Of a stretch of 64,000 bases of DNA, positions 13,870-27,703 are shown piece by piece. The stretch spans positions 115,196,001 to 115,260,000 of the forward strand of contig NC_058376.1 in the NCBI RefSeq assembly GCF_018350175.1, in the 5' to 3' direction. A model generated the notes under the pieces. It made no database searches and was not told the DNA's origin. It saw only the letters and a program-made list of their open reading frames with translations. Both the position numbers and the translations under genes were made by a program. Source of the DNA: Felis catus (taxonomy: Eukaryota). Position 1 is the first letter of the stretch, and the number at the start of each line of letters is the position of its first letter.

Positions 13870-14361
13870 AATCCTGGATCCACATCCTAGTTTCCAGAAC
13901 CTATATTCTTATATGACAAATATATTACCTTACATAGCAGGGGACTTAGGATAGCAGATAGAATTAAGGTTGTTTATAAGCTGATGCTGACATGGAGATA
14001 CAGGATTATCTGGGTGGGCACCATGTAAACATATAGGCCCTGAAGAGTGGGAGAGAAAGACAGAAGAGGTCAGAGTGATGCAGTGTGAGAAAGACTCCAC
14101 CTGTCTGCTAGCTTTGAATACAGAGGAGGGGGCTACAAGCCAAGGAATGCAAACACCCTCTAGAAGCTGGAAAAGGCCAGGAAACAGATCCTTCACAGCT
14201 CTCATAGAAGAATGCAGACTTGCTGACTCCTAGATTTTAATTTTAGCCCAGTGAGACCTGTGTCAGACTTCTGACCTACAGAGCTGTAACATAATAAATG
14301 TGTGTGGTTAGAGCACCAAGTTCATGGTAATTTATTACAGCAGCAGCAGAAAACCAATACA
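13870..14361 (+). mobile_element. MaLR solo LTR (MLT1D-like)
   Basis: 'agccaaggaatgc...ctctagaagctggaaaaggccaggaaacagat...ttttagcccagtgagacc...cttctgacctacagagctgtaa..ataataaat...aaccaataca' with terminal CA. Confidence 0.88.
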
Positions 14362-14369
14362 GCATTTAA

Positions 14370-16570
14370 TGTAATTATTGACAGGTGAGGGCTTGTTTTA
14401 TTTATTTTTCTTCTGTTGGTTCTATGTTTTTTATTTCTGCTTTCCTTGACTTCTGTGGACTATTTGCACAGTTTTTAAGAGTTGTATCTTATTTATGTAT
14501 AGTGTTTTTGAGTATATCATATTGTTTAGTTTTTTTTTTAGTGGTTGCTGTAGGTACTATATTATGTGTACATAAGTGCTCACAGTCTACGCTAATGTCC
14601 TTTTACCTTCCTCCATTTATAATTGGCTTAATATTTCCTCTATATACATTTAGGGCCACATCAGACAGTTTTATACGTTTTCCTTCAACAGTCAAACATA
14701 ATTCAGAAACCTTAATAGAAGGAGAAACTATATTGTATTTACTTACTGTGTTTTTTTTCTTTTTTTTTTCTTACTATGTTTTTTTCTTCTTTTATGAGAT
14801 TCCAAGTTTGTTCCTTTTGCCATTTCCTTTCTGTTCAGAGAACCTCCTGGAGCCATTCTTTTAGGATAGGTTTGCTGGTGTCTATAAGTTTATCACTCTT
14901 GCCAAAATTTGGAAAGTGTTAAGCCATTTTGTCTTTGAGTACATTTTCAGCTTTGCCCTCTCTCTGGAGCTCTGGTGACACGAATGTGAAGTTTTTTTTT
15001 TTTTTTTTTTTTTTCAACGTTTATTTACTTTTGGGACAGAGAGAGACAGAGCATGAACGGGGGAGGGGCAGAGAGAGAGGGAGACACAGAATCGGAAACA
15101 GGCTCCAGGCTCCGAGCCATCAGCCCAGAGCCCGACGCGGGGCTCGAACTCACGGACCGCGAGATCGTGACCTGGCTGAAGTCGGACGCTTAACCGACTG
15201 CGCCACCCAGGCGCCCCATATGTGAAGTTTTTTTAATAGTCTCCCAGGCCCCTGAGGCTCGGTTTGTTTGTTTGTTTGTTTGTTTATTACCATCTGTTTT
15301 CTCACTTTTTCATATTGGGTAAGTTCTATTCTTTCATTTCTCTGATGCATTCTTATGCCCCCTTCATTTTGTTGTTGAGATTATTTGCTGAGACTTTTAT
15401 TTTGGTTATTTTCTGCTTCTAAAATTTCCATTTGGTTCTCCTTTATATCTTCTATTCATTTGCTGAGACTTTGTTCCTTTGCTGATGCTTCTAATTTTTT
15501 TGTTTTGTTTTGTTTTAGGAGTGTTCATAATTACTCAATGAAACGTTTCTATACAAACTGCTTTAAAATCATTGCCAGATAATTCTAACATCTTTGTCAT
15601 CTCAGTGATTTTCTTTTTCATTCAATTTCAAATTTCCTGGTTCTTGGTGTGATGAGTGATTTTATATTGGAACCTGGACATTTTGAACATTATATTGTGA
15701 CACTGTGGATCTTACTTAAGCCTTCTGATTTACCTGGCTCTCTCTGACACTACTCTGTCAGGGGAGGGGACAGTGCTACCTCATTGCTGCCAGAGGGAGT
15801 TAGAAGTTCAGGTTTCCCACTTAACCTCTTCTGGCACCTCAGTGGAGGGGTTGTTCTAACCTTACTGCAGGGAGGGATGGGAGTTCTGGCATACCATGTG
15901 GTCTCTACTGAGACCACAGTGTAGGTATAGTGAAATTCCTTACTTTCTGCCAGGCCTTCTGATGCTACCCCAGTGGGGAGGAAGTGAAGGGGTGCCTTGT
16001 TACTATTGGAAGAAGGTAGAATTCCAAGCCTTCCAGCGGTCTTTACTGACCTTATGGGAGGAACTTATTTCTGGCCAGAGGAGATGAAAGTCCCAGCTCA
16101 CTACTTGATTCTCACTGACTCCACCCTGGCAGGGCTGTTGGGGCACCTCATTTACAGCCTCATGAAGCTGGAAGTCTGGTGCTCTGTATTGTCCTTTGCC
16201 TGGTGGGTATGGGAGTGAGGCCATAGTTTTTTCTGTGGTATTTATCTGGAGTAGAGCAGTTATTATCTAAAAGTGTTATTTCTAGGCTGCCCTTTTCCTA
16301 GTCCTTTGATTAGGGAGAGCGAGCTTTCATTGGGGCTTATTTTGTTTGTGTCCACGGATGTTTTTGGGTTGTCATATTATTCAACTTCAGAAAGAGAACC
16401 CAGGGACTCACCGTCCTATCTTTCTAGGGTCCTGAAGTCCTTGTGTAGTCTGCTGCCTCTCTCCATCTTTCAGTCTTCTTGTTTTTATCTTATATATAAT
16501 GTCCATGGTTTTAGTTGCACTTAGTGGGAGTGATAGGGAAAAGCACCCCTATTCCATCTTCCCTGAAGTG
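14370..16570 (-). mobile_element. Ancient L1M internal/5' fragments, interrupted by a young SINE
   Basis: T-rich antisense L1-like text, e.g. 'aaaatttggaaagtgttaagccatt', 'tctaaaatttccatttggttctcctttatatcttct'. Confidence 0.6.
14999..15217 (-). mobile_element. Very young SINEC_Fc
   Basis: CpGs intact (cccgacgcgggg, cacggaccgcgagatcgtg); long pure poly(A); TSD atgtgaagttttttt at 14984-14998 and 15220-15234. Confidence 0.97.
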
Positions 16571-16769
16571 AATATCCTCAGGGGCTATATTTTTATTATT
16601 CCTTTGGTATCTCCAACTGTTCCAAATGCATATATAGAGTGCCAGACACTTTTAGGAAAAAAAAATATATTTAGGAAATAATTTTTAAGAAACAATATTT
16701 GATCTCTTGTGAAGCACTTAGCTATGTTCATTCATTGATTTGACAGATATTTTTCTAGGTATAGGGGCC

Positions 16770-17710
16770 ACCACAGCAGCTTCCTAACTGGTCTCTCTGT
16801 GTCTACCCGTGCCCTCCCTCACATTTATTCTCCACATAGTTGCCAGAGTGAGCCTTTACAAAAGTAAAGCAGATCATGAACTCTTCTCCTTAAACTGCTC
16901 ATGATTTCCCACCATAGTCAGAATGAATTGAGAGTGTTTATTATGATTAATTCAAGTAAGAGAAAAATTCCAGAGTGAGGACCCCTGGAGTTCTGACCTT
17001 GGCTCTGCCACCCAGATAAGGGTGTGACCTTGAGAAAGCATTTGATCCCTTTAGGGCTCCTTTCTTGGACTTAAAAATCAGGGAGTTTGGTGACCCATCC
17101 CAAACTTCCCACTATCCTTTAATATTCTGTGAAGGTAACAGACATGAACACTTATGTACTTATGTATATAGGATTTTTCATATTTGTGTAGATGTATATC
17201 TCTTCTTGTTTCAGAAGGAGTCCAGGAAGATTGTACTCTGATGTCACTAAGAATATAACCCTTAAATAACCTACATAACCATTGCAGACTTTGCACATCT
17301 TCCCCACTTTGATTTGCCATTCTTTCTGCCTGGAAGTCTTCTCTCCCAGATATTACTGTGACTGACTTCTCATTACCTTTGTTCAAGGTCACCATCACAA
17401 TGAGGTCTTCCCTGATACTACCCTATTTGCAGCAGAATCCCTGCCCTACCTCTAACCCTGGCAATCACTATCTTTTTGTCTCCTTTATTTTTCTCATAGT
17501 ACTTACCACCTATATGTTCTATGTATTTTATTATTTACTTATATTCTACTTATTTTACTTACCTATCCCATTGGTTATCTTCTTACTTCTTCTAAAATGT
17601 AATTTCTATGATAACAAAGGTTGTTTATTATTTTTTAATGTTTCTTAAGTTCTATATATCCAACAATTTTAGGAGTGCTAGGTGCTCAAAAATATTTGTT
17701 GAATGAATAT
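16770..17710 (+). mobile_element. L2 (L2a-like) 3' fragments with an embedded MIR-like piece
   Basis: 'cttcctaactggtctc', 'gccagagtgagc...aaagcagatcatg', and the L2 terminus 'aaatatttgttgaatgaat'. Confidence 0.75.
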
Positions 17711-18498
17711 TAACTTCATGTCTGGTTGTGCAGTTTAACTCTACTTTGTCATTAACAGTGACAGAGAGAAAAAGAGTTGACACTCTCAGATTTTTCTTTT
17801 TGTCAGCCTTCAGCTTTGCTTTCATAGATCAGTTGCCCAGTACGCTGAACCAGGCTTCTAAAGGTACATTTCATTTAAGTGCAATATCAAATTATTGTAA
17901 GGAATCAGATTTCAGCACCACTTGGAACATGTGAGAACAATATTTAGGCCAACAAAATGCACAACATACTAATTGTCTACTGAACCTATCAAGATTGTGT
18001 ATGTTGGAGTGTGGTCTCACACAAACAAAGGCATTGATTGACACGGTGCATAGTATTGTGATCAAGACTGACTCAGCTATGTGGATATTTCAGCTTGTGA
18101 TTACTTTGCTAAGTGCAGATGCTGAGCTATGGCTGGAGATGTGGGTGGGCTTGTAGAGTCCTTTACAGCATGTACATACACACCTGCATTTTTATGGACC
18201 CCGTCACCTTAGGTGGTGTCCTATCTGCTCTTTTGCATCTCCCCTTAGAAATGATTTTCTGGTCTGGGGAACAAGAATGGCTCAGAGGAAACGTTGGAAC
18301 TATTATCTTCTTAATTTGCTTTGAGGTGACATTAATCTTTCTATTAATAATGCTAAAATGCCAAATGAAAAGGAGCATTTTGTTTAAAAAACTGAAGACA
18401 TACGTGTTCAAGTTTTCAGTTTGGCCACCAACTTTGAGTGTGGTGAACATCTAGCTTAAGAGTGTAAGGAAAAAATCGCTTTTAAAATAATAAATCTT

Positions 18499-18722
18499 GG
18501 GGCGCCTGGGTGGCGCAGTCGGTTAAGCGTCCGACTTCAGCCAGGTCACGATCTCGCGGTCTGGGAGTTCGAGCCCCGCGTCAGGCTCTGGGCTGATGGC
18601 TCAGAGCCTGGAGCCTGTTTCCGATTCTGTGTCTCCCTCTCTCTCTGACCCTCCCCCGTTCATGCTCTGTCTCTCTCTGTCCCAAAAATAAATAAACATT
18701 GAGAAAAAAAAATTAAAAAAAA
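18499..18722 (+). mobile_element. Very young SINEC_Fc
   Basis: GGGGCGCCTGGGTGGCGCAGTCGGTTAAGCGTCCGAC; B-box GAGTTCGAGCC; A-tail; TSD aataaatctt. Confidence 0.97.
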
Positions 18723-21700
18723 ATAAATAAATCTTGATTTTTTTTTATGCCAGTATTTTTTATGGGCTTAACAGTCTTATTTAGCATTGACTAGCCAAAT
18801 CCTGGGTCTTATTCTGAAGATGCGTAGAAAAAATAAACAAGCCTGAAGGAGAATCTTCAGTTTATTTGGCGCCTGCACCTTTGGCCTCCTTCCAGTTATT
18901 CTGGGCCTGTGTAGGTTTCTGCCGAGTTTTCAGTAACAAGTGGGGCCTGACATTTCCTTAGCTTATTCATGAGGTCAGTTTTATTTCTCAGGCGGACTAT
19001 TTATCTTGTTCATTACATTAACAAACTATTGGGATAAGAAACAAACTGGCCTGGACAGAGGTGACTTTCTTAATTCATGTTAGTTTATGAGACCAAGATT
19101 GCAGCATCGCCACTCTACAAAAAAACACAAAAAACAAAACGAAAAAGCTCCAACCACCCACCCAACCAACCAAGAAAACTAAAAGTCTTCTCTTACGGAT
19201 TTTGCAGAATCTCCCAAGTTGTTTTATGCTCTCCCTCAGTCAGAATGATTTTGCTCATTATGCATTGTAGATGGTGAAGCTGTTGGTAAGATTTACCTTC
19301 TTAGGTTTTTTTATTTTATTGAGAACCAGGGTCTGCACAAAATGCTATACATCATTTGAAAGAAGATAGATTGGAAATGGAAGCCATGGAAGATAGATTG
19401 GAAATGGAAGTCGGACGCTTAACGCTTAAGTCCTGAAACATGAGATCCCGAGCCTGAATGGTGGCTTAAAAATTCATTCCCTCCAAGATAACCTGACTTG
19501 ATAAAGCTAGATTGGTGAGAATCTCATGTACGATACGGTGTGTTTATAAAGTTACAGATCATTTCCTTTACTTTCCTGAACATGTTTTTCACATTGGTTT
19601 CAAGTTGGTCCAGCTGCCTCTAGCAGAGTATCTCAAAGGCATAACTGCCCTAAATATGATAGATAGCTAGCAGCTGTTGTTGCAAAACTGACACTGCATT
19701 GGAATGGGCTCCACAGTGAAGCTGTGCTTTTGCAGAAGCCACACACTCTGAAATACTTGTCTTTGTGATAAGCTTTTGCATGAAGTCTGTCTTGATGGTA
19801 ACAGTGAGAAGGTGCATCCTGCCCTCTTCGGATTTTGTTATAAATCTTTCCAAAAGAGCTAAGTAAACAAAGATGTTACATACATTTATCAACTGAGATT
19901 CAACATTTTCTACGCTGATTTCACACGTATTTTTGTTTCCTATACCCTACACCACAAATTGGACTCTCTCCCCCTTAGCCATTAACTATGTACATTTGGA
20001 TTTACTTTATGATTTTTGCACTGATGAATGCATTATTTCCATGTAGGTAGAGAATATGACAATACATAATGTTAAGTGGGTCTTTGGGGAGGAAATGGAA
20101 TTTGTAAAAATCATCCAATCCATGTGGGTATTTTCCAGCTCATCTTGGTACTCTTTTAATTCAGGCTTTTTCTTAAATACTGTATTTGCAATTTAAGCAC
20201 TGCCACATGCTGCCACTGCCGTTACAAAGATACATTAGATCGATAGAATGATGCTGCATTCTTTATGACTGAAGAAAATAATGACTTCCTCTGTTCTCTC
20301 TAATCATGCTTTTATGGTTCGTTTTCCAANNNNNNNNNNNNNNNNNNNNNNNNNNNNNNNNNNNNNNNNNNNNNNNNNNNNNNNNNNNNNNNNNNNNNNN
20401 NNNNNNNNNNNNNNNNNNNNNNNNNNNNNNNNNNNNNNNNNNNNNNNNNNNNNNNNNNNNNTCTCTAGGTCTCAGGCAATTCTGGCTGACTCTGACTGTT
20501 TGAGGACTGTATGTCTCAATAATTGAAAATAGAGGCAGTGGACTTTGACCTATTTTACTTTCTGTGTTTCTAAGTTGAAAACTACTTTTCAGTCTTCCAT
20601 GATATTTTAGGAAGCCACTCTTTTTAAGTAAAAGGAAAGAAGAAAACAAAACTCAAACTTTATCCTCTCTTCTTCATCATGAACATTTTAATGGTGCTTC
20701 TGTTACAAATTCTAAAATAAAGGGTGATAATGATATTATCTGTCGCACCTTATTTAAAAGGCAGAGCGCTTCTTACATGCTCCTCTGAGAGAAGTACATT
20801 ATTTGAACACTTTTCTGATTTAAAGAATACATTTAAGAAATCTGTTCTCCACCAAAGCTTTAGATTTCTTACATCAGGAAATATGTGTCCACCATCATTT
20901 ACATAAATGGGAAGAACCCCCAAAGAACACTAAATATAGTTAAAACTATTTCAAACATAATAAAAAGTGTAACTACTGCTTTCCTTTGGAAATGAAATAG
21001 CATTGTAGATAAGACAGAAAATTAAATTGGGACTTTCCCTTTAGTTGGCTAAGAACCCAAACTCCCCCAATTTTGGTTACATAGACCTTACTCTGAAGTT
21101 ATGAGGTTAAGGAATAGCATAAGTCTTTTTGGCAGTTTCACAAAATTTCTACCTGTCAGTTTGGGCCAGAGAATTTAAATAAAAGTGTATACTACTTGTG
21201 TAATGCAGTGTCGAAAGTACTTCAGTAATGCTGGTTAATTTAGTAAACTGCAAAATTACTCATGACGCTGATAATCCATATAGTTTAGAATTTTTACTTT
21301 TGTTATTGATAATTATACAATATTCATCTTTAAGAAGTCTTTGGAAATTTCAAGTAATATATTTTAGAGAGTACATTTCAGGGAATCTGTATGCTTTATT
21401 TTATTCTGACCAGCACTAAGTGAGTAGCAATTTGACAAATCTATTTGTTTTCTCTTGGGCTAATTGGAGAAAGATGCTCAGAGATTCTGTTAGTCTCATT
21501 ATGCTTCTCTAAGCTTCAGTAGAGTATTGAATCCATGTTCCGTAGCCTCCTTTCAGAATGAGTTATTAGTTTCAGTGAAACATAAAATATTCACTTAATT
21601 CATTTACTGATCATTCAAGAATTTGGTGTTCTGTTGCTAACACAGGGTAGAAAACATGTTTCACTTATCATTAGGATTTATTTGATGAATGTCAACTTGC

Positions 21701-22891
21701 AAAATGTCCAAGTGAATCGGCATTAAAATTTAATCAGAAATTAGTGGCTAAATTGTCAGTCTATACATAATCCAGACAATTTACTGCCACTTGCTAAATA
21801 AGTTTTTCAGATTTGTTATTTTCAGTCTTTATAATTGACACTCGTAATTACAGACATTCACTCCATAAAGGAAGGCAAACAGCAAAACTTGCTTGGAGGT
21901 TTATGTGTATATAGGAGTGGCAATGGTGGGGGGTGATTTTGCTGAGTGTCTGCTCTGCACTGAACATGCTAAGTAATTACACAGGTCTCATTTTTGTGCA
22001 ATTGTATGTTTGGAAAGTGAATCACACCTTGACCATTGTGCAAATTTTAGTTCCTCAGCTCTGTCTACTGGTTTCTTTGTCCTTGCTTGCAGTAAAATCG
22101 GAGTGGGAAGCCATTCAGACTTTCTTATTCATCAGATCTTAGAGCTGTTAGAGACTTTGGAGCTCATCTAATTCAATCCCTTAATTTTATGGGGGAGGAA
22201 ACTGGAACATGGGAGGTTAAACAACTTTCTCAATATCCCACAGTCACTAAGTTGTGGGCTTATTGTACTTCTGGACCATTTCCATGCATTCCAAGTCTGT
22301 GGTATGTGGATGGGCTTTCTTAGGCCTCGAATCTCTGAATTAGATGGATTCCCTTATCTGGTTTTATCTTACTGTTTATTTTATTGTATATTTATTTTAT
22401 TTCATTGTCTACCTCTGCTTTCAGTGCCATCTTGTTCCATCTCTTTTTGTGGTATCTGGATCTTTGCAAGTATCTTACTATTGCTGTGTTGGGCTTGGGG
22501 ATTCTGAGAAATCATGGCAGAGTCCGACATTATGGGGCTTGAGTGAAAGTAAATTAAGACTTATCGAGATGTATATCAGGAAGCTCAGTCGCAAAGCTGA
22601 TGGAAAGACTAAGCCTGAACATACAGCTCTTCCCATGTGTTACATGATGCATTCTTTGGTGCCTGCATTACCTATTAAACTTTTATAAGCGTTTTGTTGT
22701 TGTTGTTGTTGTTCAAGCCAGTACTAGAAGAATGAGAAGTTTACGGAAGGATCAAAGCATTTATTCCTCAATTTCCTTGAGCTGTAGTACGAATCCCTTG
22801 ACATTTGTGAATCTATTCATAGAAACATGTGTTTGTCAGAGAAAAAGAAGTCACTCAGTATCCGGTCAGTGAAATACTCATTCAATGAGTG

Positions 22892-22901
22892 GTGTGTGTG
22901 T

Positions 22902-22933
<32 letters not shown>
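22892..22933. repeat. (GT)n microsatellite
   Basis: Read directly from the sequence. Confidence 0.95.
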
Positions 22934-22935
<2 letters not shown>

Positions 22936-25900
22936 CAGGGTGTGAAAGATTATTATTTCCACAAACCTATGTTTTCTTTGGGCTGGCAAGGGGATATTAC
23001 TCAACAAGTTGCTTTGAATTCATTGTGAAAATAATTTTCCCCAAACTCTCTAACAACTTCGGTTTGCAAGTTTTTCTTCAATAATTATAAATGTTGAAGA
23101 TATAAGATATTTGTTACAATAATTGAAAATAACCTTCCTGGCTCCCAGTTTTCATCTTCTTGAAGCTCTTTTCTCAATGATAGTCTCAGCCATGTTTGCA
23201 CCATGGTAAGGAGCGCTGCCCTCTAAAGTGTGTATTGATATACTCAGAGATGGTTTTGGTTGACACAAATTAATTAGAATTGTAAATTATTACATAACAC
23301 TTCCATTCTTCATTGGGAGCTGTAGTTAAAAGGCTGGCACTGCCTAATTAACCGGCTCGATCCTGCCTTGTCAGTGAGGCTGGTCCATAAAGAATTTGAT
23401 GCTTTCTTTCCTGAAACAAACAAAAATAGCTTTGGAACTGTCAGGAAAAAACAGCAGCTCTTGAAGGCTAATCATTACCAGCTTTTGTCATGTGGTTGTA
23501 ATTGTTGCATGAATTCTGCTTCAATCAGGGAAAAATATGCTTAAGTGCCAGTAAAAGTTTTTATGCTGCTATGAAATTTTGCAATTTATGGCTTTGTACA
23601 GATCAGCCTGTGTTACTAGGCAACACTGTATGTGTCGTTGACTCAAATTATTCCTTAATCCCCGGCATTGCTACAAACTCCAGCTAAAAAAACAAAAAAC
23701 TATAATAAACTATTGTAACATAGGGTTAAATGTGATGACAGAATTGAAGTGGAAGTTATGATGCTGAAAAAGAAGCAGTATTTTTTTTTTTTAAATACAC
23801 TGGATGGGAAACAATAAGAATATTTAGAGCTTAACCGTAGTCACCTCAGGAAAAAAAAAATAGTAGTTCAAATGGATTTAATGATTATGTAGTTCTCTGA
23901 TTGGCCATTAAGCCGGCCAGGTTTTTGGCACTTAAGCAATCATATTTGTGATGCTGGTTTTAATTAAGAAGTACACTGCAGGATATTCAATGACCAGGGA
24001 AGTGTGGTATTGCTGCTTGCTTGCTGTGCATCCATATGCATTTGAGAGAAGATAAAACCCTGAAAGAGATATAATGGCTCTTTCTCGCCATCTTTAAATA
24101 GACAGTCTGCTTGAGACATTGCTGTGCAGACTGAGTCTTATAATTTACATGAAGTCTAAGCATTGCCACTTAACAGGCAAGAAATCTCAACTTGTTCCTC
24201 GAAGTAATACCAAATTAAATGGCAAGGACAGAGTCATAGACACTTCAGAGATGTTTGATGACTCAGAACAAGATGAGGGAAACTGGAGAATCCATGTGGG
24301 AGAAGCCGTAGTAACCTTAGTTTGTGGTTTGAAGTGTTTTCTGATTTGAATGCATTTAGTGTTTTGAGTTTCTCCTGTTTTATTTCCCAAACAGCCTAAA
24401 TGACACTTCATAGATAGTTACTATGTCAAAAGTAACAAAAGTCCAGTTTCAAGCAGAAGCTCCCCAAGGTTCATTTTTGTACGCTCTCACAATGTAGGAA
24501 ATGCTTCCTAGATGACAGCATGTGGCTTAAAGACCTAGGAAATAGGAAATTTAAGCTCAAACTCTGGCTGAACTCTGACCTCCCATGGTGGATCTTCACC
24601 TACAGTTTGAGAAGATAACACTTCTAAAGTAAGGTTGGATTCCTCCCTGTCACAGTCCCTTTGCTTTGCAGGTTCAGGGTCTCAGGAGCTGGGAATCATG
24701 ACCCTGGGGCATGTGGAAGTTGTCACTATGAAGAAATAATGACAAGCTGCTGCTGAGCTGGGTTTGGCTTATTTGAGCAGCTTCCACATGAACCTAGGCT
24801 TCTCCTTCCTAATTACCTGCAAACCTAACTTACCTTTTCCCCCTTCCCCAGATTCCCTGGGGGGTGACTTGTCATTTCCTCTAATTGCCTTTTCCTATTA
24901 TCAGGGTTGACCTATGGTGTGATTTTAAGAGTCCTAGAAACATCTTCTCCAAAGTTCTCTCCCTTCTGTCTGATATTTAAGAGTTGGAATTGCATTTTCA
25001 AATCCCATTTCTTGTAAGGCGTTGTCCTGTGTTAAAGCAGAAAGCCTCCAGGAGGGCTAGGTTTACCTTTTAGGTAATGAGGGGTTGCAGAAGATCATAT
25101 TCAATGACTTTTCCTTTCCTAAAGTTGATAATGTGTGAAACTTTATTAGATCCTTTATGGTGAAACTGATAATGGACAGGGGAAGAAAATTTATAAGAGT
25201 GTAAGGTATTTGGGAAGTAAGACATTAGCCCTGGAGGTTATGAAAATAACATATAGTTCAAGGGGACAAAAATTAATCTTTAACTTCAGTAAAATTAATC
25301 ACCTGCCACCAGTATTTTTTTAAAACGTGAGGTTGTATTAACACTGATAATTTTTAAGCTCACATATGGTAAATTGAGACTATTTTACTTAGAATGTGTA
25401 CATTTAGGTATTAGCTACGTAATGATTTATATTTTAAAATAAAGATGATGTCATTTAAAAATTTTCAAGCAATTGTAGAATATGAGAGAGCTTAGAAACT
25501 AAGCCCAGTAGATATGTTAAATGGATATAAGGGGAAAAAGCTTGAGAAGCTGGTTCTACTTAAAAATCCACCGGATGAACCCCAGGAGTGTACCTTCATG
25601 AGTGGATGTCCACACAGATCGTGAGGGCACTTCCATATACAAAACAGTAGATAGTCCCTGGCAGGTAGGAATAGCAAGAAGTGACATATCAGACTGGCAG
25701 AAAAATATGAAGGTTGGTGGAGGATGAATCCTGAATAAATAAAATTATGAGACCCTCTGTTCCATGAGGAGTTTTTCTGCTTTCCACCATTTCAGACTGG
25801 TGCTGATATTGAGCGTCATTAAACTATCAGTAATGGGTGAACAATTGTCTTAGTTGTATGTGTTAGAATTTCTCTAAGGAAGTATTCTGACGATCTGCTT

Positions 25901-27492
25901 TGGGGAGAAGACGACTCTCTGCTTCAGGTCTGGTTGATATTCAGCAGTGGGGAGCTGTTGGGATGAATGGCTAGGCTGCTTTATGTGAGAAAATAAGGGC
26001 AACTGGGTTTGCTTTCTCAAGGGAGGTGGTAAGAATAGAGGAAAGTGCAGAGAAAGAGAGGGTTGTGGGTGAGATGGCATGAGGCTGCGGACTACATGGG
26101 GTCTCGGGAGAAATGTCCAGAGGGACGGAAGGCTCTTTGAATCAAAGGTGTCCTTTAATGCCTATGAATGTGGTGCGTGTGTGTAATTGGAGCTGTTTTA
26201 CATGTGTATCACATGGAACAGGGGCATCCTACAGCCTGTATGGAATAGTGAGATGATGTCTAAACTGAACTGGGGGAAGCAGGTGGATAGAATGAGACTA
26301 TGGAAATGTAAACTCCACAGACTTCTGCAGAAAATTTTGGAGATCTTGAACTTCCTCATGGAATGAGTCAATCTTATCTCACATTTTAATGGACCCAGAG
26401 GTCCCCACTGACATCACAAATCCATCACTACTCCTGACAAGCACACCATTGGCTGACTCATACCACAGTATGGATACCCTCATGTCACCACCTTCCTTGA
26501 ATTGCTGGTGTCATGCTCTTGCTCTTTATGGAAACGGTACAAGACCAATCACATAAAACTCAGGCCTAAATGAAAGATGCTGCTTGAAAATGATCCATCA
26601 TGTGGCTTTTTATCTGCATCAACAATCCTCTGTGAGAGAGTCCCTTAAGGATTCTAGTGTCAGGAAGACTCCGCTCCATTTGGGAACCTGGTCTGCTGTG
26701 AATAACAAGAACTGGAGGTGTTGTAATGTTCTTCCTTTCATCCCAGCTGTGAGAAGTTCAGAACCCAGTGTTTTCTTTTTCAGTCACAACTACTCTGTTA
26801 GCCTGCATTGTCAGTGGTTTTGCTTTTTCTCTTCTGTGGCCCTTATTTCTGGTTTCTGTAATATCACCCTGTTTTACTGTGCTGTTTATTGGAAGCTGCT
26901 CAAATCCTCTGTGGAAATATTTAGAGTAAAAATAAAATACACCTTTGATTTTGTTCAATAAAAATTTTCATTAGAATCACATCAAATGCTAGAAATCCTA
27001 TAGAGTGCCCTGGAAGAGCTACCAGCTGTCCTGTCGTGCCCACGTCTTTCATTTTTGCACTTGGTGTCTTCTCTGAGGATTAGCTGCTCAGTGGGACCCA
27101 CACCTTCATTTTGTCTCCCATGGAAGTGGAAGTGCAACCACAGGCTTTACATCTTGCTACCGGCTGCCTTTGTTCCCCACATTCATGAATGAATTTAAAA
27201 TATAAAACATTTTGCACAAGCCTAGTAGATTTACCTACTTAGCCCCGGAAATGATGCTGCATTTTCTATTACAGTTTTTCCACCAAATAGATTGTTTGGA
27301 TGAAGTTCATGTGCAGTGCAGTTTAAAAGGTGAGTGGGAGCACATAAAAGAGGGGGCGGGGAGAGGAGGGGAGAAGCATGTAAAAGAGAGGGGGTCATAA
27401 AACCTGGGAGACCAAATGCTTTCTTATTTACCCCCATATATGGCTGCTAATACACACTGCTTGAATGGTGCTCTTCCCTTCCTTCTTGATCC

Positions 27493-27703
27493 CAGGGGTT
27501 CTCAACCTTGGCCCTAGTGACATTTTGGAGTAGATAATTCTTTCTTTTTGGACTGTCCTGGGTGTTATGTAGCAGCATCTCTAGCCTCTCCCCACTGGAT
27601 GCCAGTAGCAGTTTCCTCACCTGAGTTGTGATAACCAAAAGTTTTTCCAGACATTGCCAAATATGCCCTGGAGCACAAAATCATCCCCAGGTGAGAATCA
27701 GTG
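27493..27703 (+). mobile_element. MER20 (hAT-Charlie DNA transposon)
   Basis: 'caggggttctcaacctt...gacatttt...cccactggatgccagtagca...ttgtgataaccaaaa...ccagacattgccaaat...gtgagaatcagtg'. Confidence 0.88.

Noticed and set aside
14385-14864. 159-aa hydrophobic ORF resembling a membrane protein
   Set aside because: T-rich antisense L1M sequence yields Phe/Leu-rich pseudo-ORFs.
18499-18600. tRNA-like A/B boxes
   Set aside because: These are the tRNA-derived head of a Can-SINE, not a tRNA gene.
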